From Lama guanicoe (Eukaryota): 64,000 nucleotides of DNA. Below the pieces are notes generated by a model. It saw nothing but the letters and a program-made list of their open reading frames with translations, had not been told where the DNA came from and did no database searches. Of the stretch, positions 50,298-62,493 are shown one piece after another. The stretch's first letter is position 1. Every line of letters begins with the position of its first letter. The DNA lies in contig MU054400.1 of the NCBI GenBank assembly GCA_013239625.1, forward strand, positions 3,074,282-3,138,281, written 5' to 3'. The position numbers were made by a program, and so were the translations under genes.

Positions 50298-50548
50298 TCG
50301 GGAGTCTGAGATTTGCAAAGGTTGATCACTATATATATATGTATATAGATAGAAAGATAGATAGATAGATAAAAAAACAAGTTTCTTCTGTATAGCACTG
50401 GGAACTATATTCAGTATCTTGTAATAACCTTTAATGAAAAAGAATATGAAAACCTATATATATATATGCGTAACTGGGACATTGTGCTGTGCATCAGAAA
50501 TTGACACATTGTAACTGACTATACTTCAATTAAAAAAATTGAACTTCA
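50298..50548 (+). mobile_element. Short 5'-truncated L1 3'UTR insertion with internal (AT)n/(GATA)n
   Basis: GGGAGTCTGAGATTTGCAAA..CTGTATAGCAC..ACTATACTTCAATTAAAAAAA; TSD TACAGATAAATG(C/T)AAA(C/T)TTA at 50278-50297 and 50549-50568. Confidence 0.9.
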
Positions 50549-50789
50549 TACAGATAAATGTAAATTTAGTCACTGCTTCAGAGCCTGAGAAAGTGAGTTC
50601 TCTTTCCTCTCCTAACTGTGGGTAGGTATCAAGGTATCATCACTGCGCCATCAGTAATGTTCCCAACAGGTGTTCAGGGCCTGAACAAAATGGGAGGCTG
50701 AGTGCCTAGTTGTCTCTGATCCCTGAGAAGGAAGAAGAGTGAGCTGGAGTCGGGACAGACACGCACGTGGCCCAGGAGACCAGGTTCAC

Positions 50790-50950
50790 AGCAGCTGCAC
50801 ACGGGAGTCCCGTGGGGCATGTCAGGAGTCAGTGGTGCCTGGAGCTCACCTACAAGAATCTTGATCTAATCGGCCTGGGGCGTGGCTCAGGTCTGGGGAG
50901 TTTTCAGAGCACAGGAGGTGATTCTAATATGGAGCCAAATTTGGGAAGGA
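50790..50950. mobile_element. MER5-like hAT MITE fragment
   Basis: TGATCTAATCGGCCTGGGGCGTGG..AGGTGATTCTAATATGGAGCCA. Confidence 0.5.
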
Positions 50951-51129
50951 GGTTAGGAGTTTCACCAAAAACTTTTAGGAGTTTTTGCGTTGGAAAGACC
51001 CAGTTTTGCCTGTGAATAGCAGACTCTAGTCCGATGAAATTTTAAAGAAGTTATTTGATCCATACTTTGCGGTGGCCTCACCCCTGATGACTGTGCCTTA
51101 CACTGGAAGTTGTGCTCTTGCATTTTTCA

Positions 51130-51375
51130 GACTGGGCAGTGGCTTACTAGCAGATGATAAAATAAACTTACATCGCAATTGGCACTTTTTATTTAAAAAT
51201 AAATGAATAAAACAGAATTGAAAACATCAGTCTATCACAAATAATTAGAGTATTATTTTGTAAGAAGTTTGTTTCTGTGTGTGAGTGATGTGTAATTTGT
51301 ACTGGGTCCTGATGTTAAACATTAAAAGTTTATCTTCATGAAGATTGTGGTCAAAAAAGTGTGCAGAACTCTGAC
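51130..51375. mobile_element. hAT-Charlie-type MITE fragment
   Basis: GAAAACATCAG..TACTGGGTC..GATGT..GTGGTCAAAAAAGT..CTG terminus. Confidence 0.45.
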
Positions 51376-52004
51376 CTTTAAGGCTAATACCTGCTCCGAA
51401 TGTGAGATGAATCCCTTCTGTTCTGCATGAGAGACCTGGGGCTGTGAAAGGGTCCACAACTTTCTCCAGGCTCACCCAGATATGCCAAGTGACGGCGATT
51501 CAGGGTTCAAGTTCAGCCCTGAGTGTCTGCCAGACCTGAGCCCCTTGTCACACTAGGATGCCTTACTATCACCCGCCATCCAGGCTGACACCAATGTCAC
51601 TGGCATGTCTTCAAGTCCTCCTCTCACCTTGATGCACAAACTAGACAGCCAGCTAACAGAGTAGAGTGAAAAACATCTACGTCCCTGCCCTTTAAACTTC
51701 TCCCAAGTGAAGGGGGATCATCTGCTCCCGTTCTAGGGCTTCCCAGCTTTCTCTGCTGGAGCCTGGTTCCTCCTCTGACCATCAGCGGGGAGGTAAAGAG
51801 CACCCTGTATTGTCCTGCCTGTGTACCCCACATGCTGCTGCAGGAGCTACCGGGGGTGCACTCCAGGAGAACAGAGTCACACATACGCAAATGCTAACAG
51901 CTCATTCCCTCTGCAGAAGCCCCGGTTCCCTTAAAACAGACTCAAACCCAACTGGTTATGAGCGCTAAGTGTCCTAAGCCGCACTGAGACTTTTCTTTAA
52001 AGTA

Positions 52005-52690
52005 AACTTGTTCCTGAAGTGTAACATACAGACAGAAAAGGGCTTACACCTCAAGAGTACGTGCAATGCCTTCTCACAGACGGAACACGCCCATCGAACC
52101 ATCACCCTCACCAGGAGAGAACGCAGCAGCAGCCCCGAAACCTTCAGTGCCCTCTTCCTGTCCCTCCCTCTCGTGAGAGTAACTTCAAATCATCGCTGTT
52201 GCCTATTTTGAACACTTTTTTGTAAATGAGATAATCATACTCTCTCTCTTTTGTGTTTGTCTTTGACATTCAACAGGGTATTTGTAAGCTTCACCCGTGT
52301 TGAGCGGTTATAGTTTGTTCATTGCCGTTGACATTTAATATTCCATTATATTAATATGCAACCGTTGATGAACCCAGTCATCCATTACAGGCACTTGGAT
52401 ATTTTCCAGTTTGAAGCTACGAATGTCTCAGTGCTGCTATGAGCATTCTGCTAGACATCTTTCGGTGAACATATGTTTGCATTTCTGTTAGTTTTTATTA
52501 GGAGTGGACTTGCTGGGGCAAAGGTATGCATATGTTCAGCTTTAACAGTTCCTGCCAAAGAGTTTTCCAATGCTGTACATTTTCCTTTCCCACCAACAGT
52601 ATTAGGAAAGTTCCAGTTACTTCCCATCATCATGAAAACTTGGTATGTCCTGTCTTTTTCATTTTAACCATCCTGAGGCGTGTGTGTGTC
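52005..52690 (-). mobile_element. L1ME/L1MD-like fragment
   Basis: GAAGTGTAACATACA..ATTCCATT..TTTCCAGTTTG..GCTGCTATGAGCATTC..CCCACCAACAGT. Confidence 0.75.
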
Positions 52691-52729
52691 TGTCTGTCTA
52701 GCTGTCTGTTTAGAGTTTATCATATACTT

Positions 52730-52895
52730 CTTTTTAAAAATCAATTTCAATGAAGTAGAATTTACATACAAAAAACTACATTTATTTGGAATACACAATT
52801 CAACAAGATTTGCCAGATGCTAACACCCATAAAACCACTGCGACAATCAACACGGACTATGTCCATGTCCCAAGTTGCCTCATGCCCCTTCTGCA
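52730..52895 (-). mobile_element. L1M 3' end fragment
   Basis: TGAAGTAGAATTTACATAC..ACAATTCAA..CAATCAA..CCTCATGCCCCTT. Confidence 0.6.
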
Positions 52896-53009
52896 TTTTC
52901 CAGGAGAGACACTGGAAGAGGAGAGGGCTTCCATTCCAGGTTGTGGGGTAACACACACATTCCCCAGCTCTTGACTTGGGCAGGAGATTCAGACAGCATA
53001 GCATTAATT

Positions 53010-53097
53010 GCATTAATTGCATTTAATTTCAGTGGATTTAAACTTAAATGTAAATATTCACATATAGTTAATGGCTACCATATTGTACAAATGCAGG
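53010..53097. mobile_element. MER3/MER33-like hAT MITE end
   Basis: CACATATAGTTAATGGCTACCATATTGTACAAATGCAG terminus. Confidence 0.55.
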
Positions 53098-53339
53098 TTT
53101 AGATTTTCAAAGTTTATTTCAGAAGCATTGCACGATATACAATTCTCTCTCTCTGTGATACAAATGAATTTCATGGACTATGAGTGTCTGAGGGGCAGAC
53201 TCTTGATTTATTCATGGCATGGCACCATTTTTTATTAGGAAAGAAAAAACCAGACTATGCTTTCAAATAATCTTCTCCTTGACAATTTTTAGTAGTGATA
53301 CACCTGTGGCAAGTCCTTGATTCTTTTTGTGATTCGTGT

Positions 53340-54560
53340 TAAGGCTTTGGGAATCAAATGGACCCGTTGTTGATTTTCATCCCTGGATCTTCCCATCTGT
53401 GTTATGATGAGAAAGCCCGTTGGTGTCTCTGAATTTCAGCTTCCTCATCCACATAAGTGGGATATGAGATCAATTTCATGAGGGTCTGATACATCCTAGA
53501 CCCACAATAGATGTGAGCTGTTGCCCATACTCCCTTGATCGGTGCTAACAGACACCCTAATTCCATAGGATTTCATTGTCTTAAGAGCCCTTCAGAAAGT
53601 GCAAAGCATTACAAAACATGTATTGCTCCCTGTGTTAATACGAATAGGAGAAGAAATAGCCAATTTCCATTTACTGAGCTGAAATGCCCCCTGAAATGAG
53701 GTATAATTCATATTGGGGAGAAGGGAGTCTGAGAGCTCTGACTACCCCAAGCAGCGGGTCCTAACTAGGTATACGGGGTGGGGGCAGGTCCCAAGAGGTG
53801 GGTGGGGGAAGAAAGGGAGGAGGTGGGAATGGGCGCACCGAGCACCAGCTATGGGCCAGGTGTCGCTTGCCTGCTTTGTTGACAACACTGTTCACTGCTG
53901 TTAACTGATGGCTGGGTGGAACACAGATCAGAAACTGTGCTAAACCATTTAATCCTTCCAACAATAAATAGCACTGCTGTCCCCATTTTACAGAAGATAA
54001 ATTTAAGATTTAGAAAGGAAAAATAACATACTTCAGGCCACAGAGCTAGCTGAGATATGTGCCCAGCTGAGTGTGATTCCATGACGTATGCCCTTGACCC
54101 CTGTGCAATTTCCCCCTGCTTCTGCACACTTTCCCACTGACTCCTCTCAAAATCCATCAAGTAGGCTTGGCCACTTTTATAGATGGAAAAAAGACTTCAG
54201 ATTGAAATAACATTTCCCAAATTCATAGATTTGGAATTCCACTAGTAGAGCTAGGATTTGGACCCAGCTATTTTGACTCCACATTCAGGACACTTTCCAT
54301 CACACTACGTAGTAATAGTGAAGATATTAAGAACTCACGTTATTAAGACCTACTACTTGCCGGGCACTATTCTACACATTCTACACATAGAATTCATTTT
54401 ATCCTCATAAAAAAACTTAAGTTTCTTTGCAGCGTCATGTCCATTTACAGACAATGAAACAGAAACACAGAGTGGTTAAGTGTGCATAGTAAATACAGAA
54501 GTTAGGGGTTTGAACTTGAGCAATGTGATGCCAGAGTCGCTTTTTAATCACTACGTTAGA
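53340..54560. mobile_element. Cluster of MIR fragments (+ at ~53340-53520; - at ~53920-54100, ~54160-54310, ~54320-54560)
   Basis: Repeated MIR cores (CAGCTTCCTCATC; CCCCATTTTACAGA; CACTTTTATAGATG; CCATTTACAGACAATGAAACAGA). Confidence 0.65.
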
Positions 54561-56789
54561 GCCAATCCCAAAGTCAGGGTGTCCCTGCCACAGCTGGGCT
54601 GGCCTCTGGGACTACGCAGATGCAGCGGGGTAGGGTTGAAAGTCACAGGGTGAAAAGAACATCTGCAGAAAGGAATAATGAAGAAGGACAATTGCAGGTG
54701 ACAGAGCTTCGAGAAGAGCAGCAAGTTCGTTACCCGAGAAAGATTGTCATGGTTTTTTATGGTCCACGAAATTGCTCTGCTTTCATTCTGACACATAAGA
54801 TTGGCCCTGCCCTATCAACAGTGGAAATCAGCCACATCTAGAATTGACATGAGAAGCTGATTTATTCTCATTGTTCATTACAGCAATTCAGGGCAATTTA
54901 TTTGGGACCACTGTCTCTCACTCAGAGGGAAACTCATAATGCAAACACATTAATCTTGGGAGACAGTACGTTGGATGCTGGCAGTTTGGATAATTAGATT
55001 GTTACTCTCAGCATGCCTGGTCTTTTCATAAGCATCAAAGAAGCTTATCAGACTCTAATCATCCTTAGTGAATATTATACAAGCTACTATACACAAAGAC
55101 ATTCACAATGTGCAAAGAAAATTCCATAACTTGGGCTCTTTTTGCCATGGTGAGATCCAATGTATATTTTCCTTTCATAACTGAAAGGCCATTTCTCTCA
55201 TCCGCAGCCTGGCTGGAACATTATTGATTCTCTAGGAGTTCTTCATTAAGGAAAATTTGAAATTAAAAACCAGGAGCAGTGTGACCTTGAGGTCAGTAGG
55301 GCTTAGGTTCAAAGACAAGATCCATCAGATGCATTGGTAACTTTCTATTGATTCGTGTAAGTTGAACCCTCAGACCCCTACTGGCTTTTAGCCAAAACTG
55401 TCCCCCATCAGGTGTCTCGGAAAAGAATGGTTCAGACGATGAAAAGGTCTTGGCCCAAACCTCAAGCTGAAATCCCCCTCTTAGTTGGATATGGTGAAGC
55501 ACCTGGGGTTAAAAACCGTCCTGCTCTATCCCGTGGCCAACCCCAAGATGTGGCTTTGTCTTTTGACATGGACAGCCGAGCACATACTCAGATACAGATG
55601 CTCAGAGAAAGTGATTAGTCCAAACGGCCAAGATTTCATGGGTATAAAAGTCACCAGAGGTCCGCAATCAGCTGATGTATCTCAAAGATCCTGAAGTCAT
55701 GCCTCCCTCTTAGGCGCTTCTGCCCTCTGATTTGCATTTTACGCTCTTAAGTTCCAGTTCACTCCCTTGATTTTGTGGATCTGACCCAGATTTTTGATTC
55801 CTGTGATTTACCTCCCTCTTCCCCAGTGCCCTGAATCATTGTCCTCACCACCATTGACATTGCCCATCTCTGACCTCAGATAGCTGCCCACTGGGTATAG
55901 AATTCCAGTTCGCTTCAACTGACTGCCATTCCTATCCACCTTGGTTACTTTTTGCACAATATTCCATGGGCCAGGGAGGTAGGGAAAGATCTGTGGCCCC
56001 AGAGATTTTCCTCAAGTTCTGTCTTGTGGCAAATAGAGGCAGAGAAGACAAGAGGGCTAGACTCTAAGTTCCCACCTGGCCTCAGTCTCACCCAGAGGTC
56101 CATTTTTAACTGAACCACTTTAGGTTGTGTTGGAATAAAAGGATCCTGATGCTACAATGAAATGCTTGACAACACTGACGTATGGGAAATGGTAAAGCTT
56201 CAAGGAGTTAAAGCTGTTTTACATGCTCCTGCTAAGAGAACCTGAAGCTTCTGCCCTTCTCCTGTGCGTTTGCATCCAAAAGGAAAGATACCAGTCTTTC
56301 CTCTTGTCTTGTCATTGTTACACATGTTATTGTCATTGTTTATAGAACGAACCTTCCATTTCCCATTTCCCATTTGCTTTTGCGTCCCCATCTAAGCCAT
56401 CTCCCAGCCTGAAAGGCTCTCCACCTGCCAAAATAATTCCTTGATAGGGAAGGATTCCTCCTCTGTGCTCTCTCAGCACAATGCACATATGTCTCTGCTC
56501 TGAGCACAGGGCATATATCTGGCAAACACTGATTCTCAACCCAAGATGAACCAGGGTTTTAATAACTCTGTGGACCTCCTTTTTCTAGCTTTCAAAAAGA
56601 GTCTGATGCTATTTAACTCAATAGCTTACTGTAAGAATTAGAAGAGATGATGTATACAAAAGTATCCAGTAGGGTCTTCACTTTACAGACGTTTTAGAAA
56701 TCAGTGTCCTTTCCCTGTACACAGATGTCTTCCCTCTTTGAGCTATTACAAGGCAAGAAATGGACCTCAGTAACAGTCTGATGGATGTA

Positions 56790-57010
56790 TTATTTATTGA
56801 AGGTTTACTATATGCCATGCACTGCTTACAGCACTTTATCTTTCTTAGATCATTTAATCTTCACAAGAAATTCATGAGATAGACTCTATTTTGAGAATGA
56901 GAAAGCTGAGGAGCAGAAAGTTTGTGTAACTTGCCCAAGATCACATAGAGAGTAAAGCTGAGATTCAGTCCAGGTTGGGTGTCCTGAACTCAAGCACTTA
57001 TCTTAGTATG
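56790..57010 (-). mobile_element. MIR SINE
   Basis: TTACTATATGCCA..CATTTAATCTTCACAA..GAGAAAGCTGAGG..TAACTTGCCCAAGATCACATAG. Confidence 0.75.
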
Positions 57011-57964
57011 TTACCTTTAGTGATTGATCATTAAATATTTGTCGTGTGTGGAAGGTTCAACTCAAAGTACCACTCCCTCTCTCAGATTGTCCCAGCCCGC
57101 AGAGATTTCTCCTCCCTCTGGACTCCTGTCAGTGTTTCTCCTTAAGAGGCGAGTCACTTTCATATCAGGTGTTTTTTTTTTTTTTTTTTTTTACCCAGCC
57201 CACCTCAACTGAATTGGAAGCTCCTGACCCGGCACATGGTAGCTTCTAAGTAAATATTTGTCAGCTGGATGATAATTGACCTGATTGATGTTTATTATGG
57301 AAAATGTAAGTCTGAATACTCATGATGAAAACAGTAGCATTCATTCATTATTCCATTCAACCATCAAAAACCCTGCAATATCTTAGACAAGCAAAGAAAA
57401 ATTATGAACTTCGAAATGGGCAAAAATTTTTGGTTACTAGATCTCCTCTCTAACACATCTCTTTGGGGGTTTCCCTCTGCCTATTATTGACTTTGAGCTA
57501 TTTCACAATGTTGTAAATTGGAGAAAACCGGTAATAATGCAAATGATTCTTGTCCATAGAAATGCAAATAAATCATGTCCTGTGGTACACATTTGATTAT
57601 TGCCCTGTGGATAGGCCAGTTTTATTTTTACTTGAAGGTTTATTTCATTATCCCTTACTGCCTGCATATTTCTTATTCTTTGAATTCTCCTTGAACCTGT
57701 TGTTATATCTTACTAATTTCCTGATTAATTGATTAATTAATTAAAGCCTCTGATATGGCTTTGTTTTATTAATATTTATTTATATTTGAAATCCATGATT
57801 GTACCCTTTCAAAACAGTATCTTTTTATAGACATTATAAAATGCTCAAAATGAGACATGTCTGCACAAGAGCCAGAGTAAGCATATGAACCTCCAAACAC
57901 AAATCTAGATTCTATCTCTTAGCTGGAAGTTTCTAGAGTATCTTTTCACTTTGGAGATTTTCTT

Positions 57965-58585
57965 TTAAATTAAGATATTAAGTATACAATTCAGTGGTTT
58001 TCAGTATATTTAGAAAGTTGTGCAACCATCACCACCATCTATTTCCAGATTGATTTCTTCACCCTAAAAAGAAGCCCCATACCCATTAGCAGTCACTCCC
58101 TAGGCCCCCTACCCCAATCCCAGGCAACCACTGATCTACTTTCTGTCCCTATATATTTGCCTCGTCTGAACATTTCATTTAAATGGAATCATACAATATG
58201 CAGCCTTTTGTGTCTAGCTTCCCTATCACTTAGCATATTTTCAAATTTCATTCATGTTGTAGCATGTATCAGTACTTCATTCCTTTTCATGGTTGAATAA
58301 TATTCCATTATGTGGATATATTACATTTTGTTTATCTGTTCATCTGTTAACGGACATGCGGGTTTTTTTTTTTTGGCTATCATGAATAATGCTGTTATGA
58401 GCCATAGAATACAAGTTTGCTGTGGACACATGTTTTCAATTCTCTTGTGTATATACCTAGGAATGAAATTGCTGGTCATAAGGTAATTGTAGGTTTAACT
58501 TTTTGAGAAACAGCCAGACTTTTTTCTAAAGTGGTTGCCCCACCAGCAGTGTAAGAAGGTTCTAATTTCTCCACACCCTCATGAA
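57965..58585 (-). mobile_element. L1MB-like 3' fragment
   Basis: AAGTATACAATTCAGTGGTTTT..GTGCAACCATCACCAC..GGCAACCACTGATCTACTTTCTGTC..ATATACCTAGGAATG; possible TSD GGAGATTT(T)CTT at 57953 and 58586. Confidence 0.9.
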
Positions 58586-59929
58586 GGAGATTTCTTCTTG
58601 CAAATAGTGAAAGAAAAATGCCCTAAAATGTAGCTAAGGTAACTCTTGGGTACTTATATGACACACATCTCACAGGTCACCTTGGAAAATGCTGTCCTGC
58701 ACCAAAGATGCTGGCTCCACTGGCCCCAGGTCGTAATATCCCTGTGGCTGACCTGATTGGCTACTTAGAGCCTCATCTGAAGTGCTGGAAAACTCAGAAC
58801 TAAAATTTGCTTAAATAACATGTTCTTAAGCCAGCACAGAGATTAAGCCCAGGCTGGTACTGAGAAAATTGCTCCGAGAGCAAATATAAACCCTAACAGA
58901 ATAAGAAATTCACCAGCCTATGCCCAGACCTTTCACCAGGCAACATGCCGGTGCCATGATTGACAAGAGGAAGTGTGGAAAGTGATGGGAGAGAAATGTG
59001 TTGTAGGCTGGTCAGAATCTGGGTGAGTGCAGGGATTTTATTTGCTGGCTGCCTCTTCCGGGGCTGAAGCAGTGTGTGATGTGAGTAACGGGGCATCCCA
59101 GGTCCCTCACAGCCACCTTGCAGATCAGTCCGGCTCTGAACGTGCTTCAGCCAGCCCACGGGGGACGGCGATCAAGTTTGCTGCTGGAAGGCTGGGCTTT
59201 GGTGCAGTTTCACACCAGGCTTCTCAACAGTGCCCTTTTAAAGTTTCATCACTCCCAACCAGCTGTTATTTCACTGCCTGTGGTTTTCCGTCTCACTATC
59301 TATAGGAAGATTAATAGCTCTACGGCTAATGGGATCATGATTTTAACACAAGATTGCAGCCAGCTCCGAGTGAGCGCCAACAGAATTCTCTTGCAGGCTG
59401 AGAGGTCTGTAGGATCTTGGAAAACTGAAAGTGGCTTCCTAAGTGTGAGTTCTGTTCCTTTCGGGGCTGATAATAATGAGGGCAGCTAAGTCTGCTGTGT
59501 CGATTTCTTGAGCCCAACAATAACTTCACACCAGTTCCAGCAGACCCATTTCCCCCCACCTCATGCCTTTTGAGTCTGTGTCTTTAGAGCTGAAGAAACA
59601 AAAGAATTCAGTTAGAGCAGTGCTTTTTCGCACGAAGAGCAAAGGACAGCAGTTTGCATGTTGGTGCTTTTAGCTACACACATTCCTATTCATTCCATGA
59701 TTCTCAAACACACCGGCCCCTTTGCAGATGGGCCCAGTGGGTACGACAGTGACCACCATTGACGTCTCCATCTCTGAGTGATGTGATCCTCCCTTCTTGA
59801 ACCTTCCCTGGCATCCTTTCTGCTGGACCCCACTGTTATTCCCCGTGGAACTCCTTTCTGTGCTCAGGAAATCTGCACATGTTTCGGCTCCTCCATTAAC
59901 TTCTAAAGGAAGGTGATAAAGGAATAAAT

Positions 59930-60100
59930 ATTTATTGGCTATCTACCTTTGTGCATTGGATTTCACTTAATCTTGAGAAATAGGAATATAATTCCCATTG
60001 AACAGATGGGGAACTTGAGGCCCCACACAACTCAGGTCATTGGTCCAAAATCACACAGCTCACGGTCAAGTTTGAGTGACTCCAAACCTCAGGCTCGATT
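59930..60100 (-). mobile_element. MIR SINE
   Basis: TTCCCATTGAACAGATGGGGAACTTGAGGC..TCACACAGCT..TGACTCCAAA. Confidence 0.65.
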
Positions 60101-60989
60101 CAACCAAACTACATCCAGGGAAAAACAACACAGAGATGGTCTGGAATGTCTCAGCTTTCTCACACTATGGTGCGGCATCTTGTTCTGTGGAACACTCAAG
60201 GTTTGCATTACTGATGCGGGCTCTCTGACAGATTTATGGCCATATCCTTGGACCCTAGAAGCCATGCATAATATATCAGGTCAGGGCAGGTCAACATGAG
60301 ATCAGTACTACAAGACCATAAACAAAGACATATTTTTAAAGCCTAAACTAGCTTGTCATGAGCACATCTTTCCATTTCCAACTAGATTTCTAACCAAACC
60401 ATATTAGGTTACATTAAGCCCCACAGATATGGGAAAACCCATTTTCTCCTAAACCAATTAACTGGGTCATCTTTCGCAATTATTGCCGTAATCAAGCTAA
60501 TGTGTTATTAAGAAGGCTGAAATAATTGTTTCTGATCCGGTTACTTTGGTCAATAAATAATTGAATTGAGTGACCATTAAGGAAACTCTAATCTGCTGCG
60601 GGGCACTCAGTCAGTCCACAAATACTCAGCGCGGAGGAACAGAAAGTTACATGCACTGAATTTTAGGGCTAAGAGGAGCGTTGTGATGTCGTCTACTTCA
60701 GCTTCGCAAATGAAGACCCCACTTTTGCTAACCCACTCCACTTTTCTTTATAGTTTCTAACATGCTTTAATCTTGGTGGTCTTTTTCCTTTCCTGGGGTG
60801 CCTGATGCACCCTCTCAACTTTGCACAGGCCAGTCCCACCTATTTCCTCCTCATCCTTTGAATGCAGATTTGAATCTTTTGAATGTAGATCACTGGGTTT
60901 TAATTGTCTTAGAGAAAGCGTAGCTGAAACTGCCTAATATGTATTCCTATAGCATCAAAATCTCCCCTTCCTATCAGGCATTCCAGTTA

Positions 60990-61150
60990 CAATTAGCGTC
61001 TGTCCCCCCTACCACTGTAACAGCCATAAAGGGTAAGAATCACGGGGCTTGGGGCTTCTTTGGGGGGAGGAAGTTTGGTCCTTATTATACACTCTACCAG
61101 AATGCAATCATACAGTAGGTGCTCAATAAATATTTGTCGATTGTATGACT
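60990..61150 (+). mobile_element. L2 3' end
   Basis: ACAGTAGGTGCTCAATAAATATTTGT. Confidence 0.7.
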
Positions 61151-62312
61151 TTATAGAGGCATGGATAAATGAACAGATATAAGAAGGGGAAAACAAGTAA
61201 CATTTATTGAGGGACTATTGTATGTGTTTAATCCTTACAACAGTTTTGTGAGAAAGGCGTCCTGCCCATGTGTTTTCTTTTTTCGAAAGAGGAAACACAA
61301 GAGGCTAACTTTTCTGGCAAAAACTTGAACTCAGACCTACCGCAATTTAAATCTATGAGAGCGTGGATCCACTGCTCTTCCCATCAAAGCCTTCCTTTCC
61401 ATGTTTAAATACTAGTGCCTGATGAATTCCGCTTTCACTTAAGGCTGACCTCAGGCTGCCGGCGTGCCTCTCCGGGCATCTCCTGGGCTGCAAGCTAGTG
61501 CGCTGTGCATCCTGCGCAGGGACCATCCCTTTGTTGAAGAATCTCTGTTACCCGAAGGGCTGCCTTTTTCCTGCTGTGACTCCCACCTGCTGGCACTTTT
61601 GTTTTTCCTCATCACCTCTCCTAACAATAACCTGCAAGCAAAAGAATGCCCTGGGGATTTAGCTTAAACCCTACACTTGGGCCAGGAGACAGCAACCATG
61701 CTTCTTGGTGTAAAATTAAGACAAGGACAGAAAGTGTAATTTTTTGAGAGGCCATTAGGAGAAGCATTTGAGAAAGCAGGGAAAACCCTAGAGAACATTC
61801 ATATGAATGAAGTTTACCTTCTAACCAGGGAATATGTTAATGGAAGCACTGCTGCTACTTAAGAAACACTAAAAATGCAGCCCAGAGTCTCCTAGCTGCC
61901 CCCAGGGATGGGTGAGCCTTGGGCAGACGGATTACACACTCCTCTGCGCTCAAACTCCCTCCAGGGCTCACCGTTAGCTTTGCCTACCTTCTACAAGAGC
62001 CACGAGTTATTTGTATGTTAACTGTGACTTTTTAAAAAAAGTCTACAACGTAATGAAAAATGTATACCAGGGCCTTGGCTGTCTACTCGCAACTTTCCAG
62101 CTGATAGGCTATTGAGGTACAGCAGAAAGGCCTCCTTTAGTGATGCAATTTCTTCTCTTGTTGGACCAATTTCCAGGGTTCTAGTTCTGGCTAAAGACCC
62201 TATATGCATCGTGGGTATTTTTCCTCTTTCTTTCATGATCTGTTTGTGTCAAAGAATGGTTCCTAAGTAAATTGGGTAGCTTAGGAGAGCCCCGAGATGC
62301 CCTCCACTTGAC

Positions 62313-62460
62313 CAGAGTTGTCAGATTAAGCAAGTAAAACTGTGGGACACCAGGTAAATTTTAACGATTTTGAATTGCCCAAGCATTGTAGATTGAGACA
62401 AAAGAAAAATATTGCATGGGATATATGGGACTAAAAAATTACTTGTTGTTTATCTGCAAT
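62313..62460. mobile_element. MER53-like hAT terminus/MITE fragment
   Basis: CAGAGTTGTCAGATTAAGCAAGTAAAA resembles the CAGGGTTGCCAGATTTAGCAAATAAAA TIR; AATATTGCATGGGA..CTAAAAAATTA..GTTGTTTATCTG is a MER53-like internal motif. Confidence 0.6.
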
Positions 62461-62493
62461 AGCTGATAAGTATATAATTACATACCTTTTTCT

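Noticed and set aside
62400..62460. miR-1302-type hairpin from MER53
   Set aside because: The palindrome is incomplete and the corresponding segment is diverged; no adequate stem is visible
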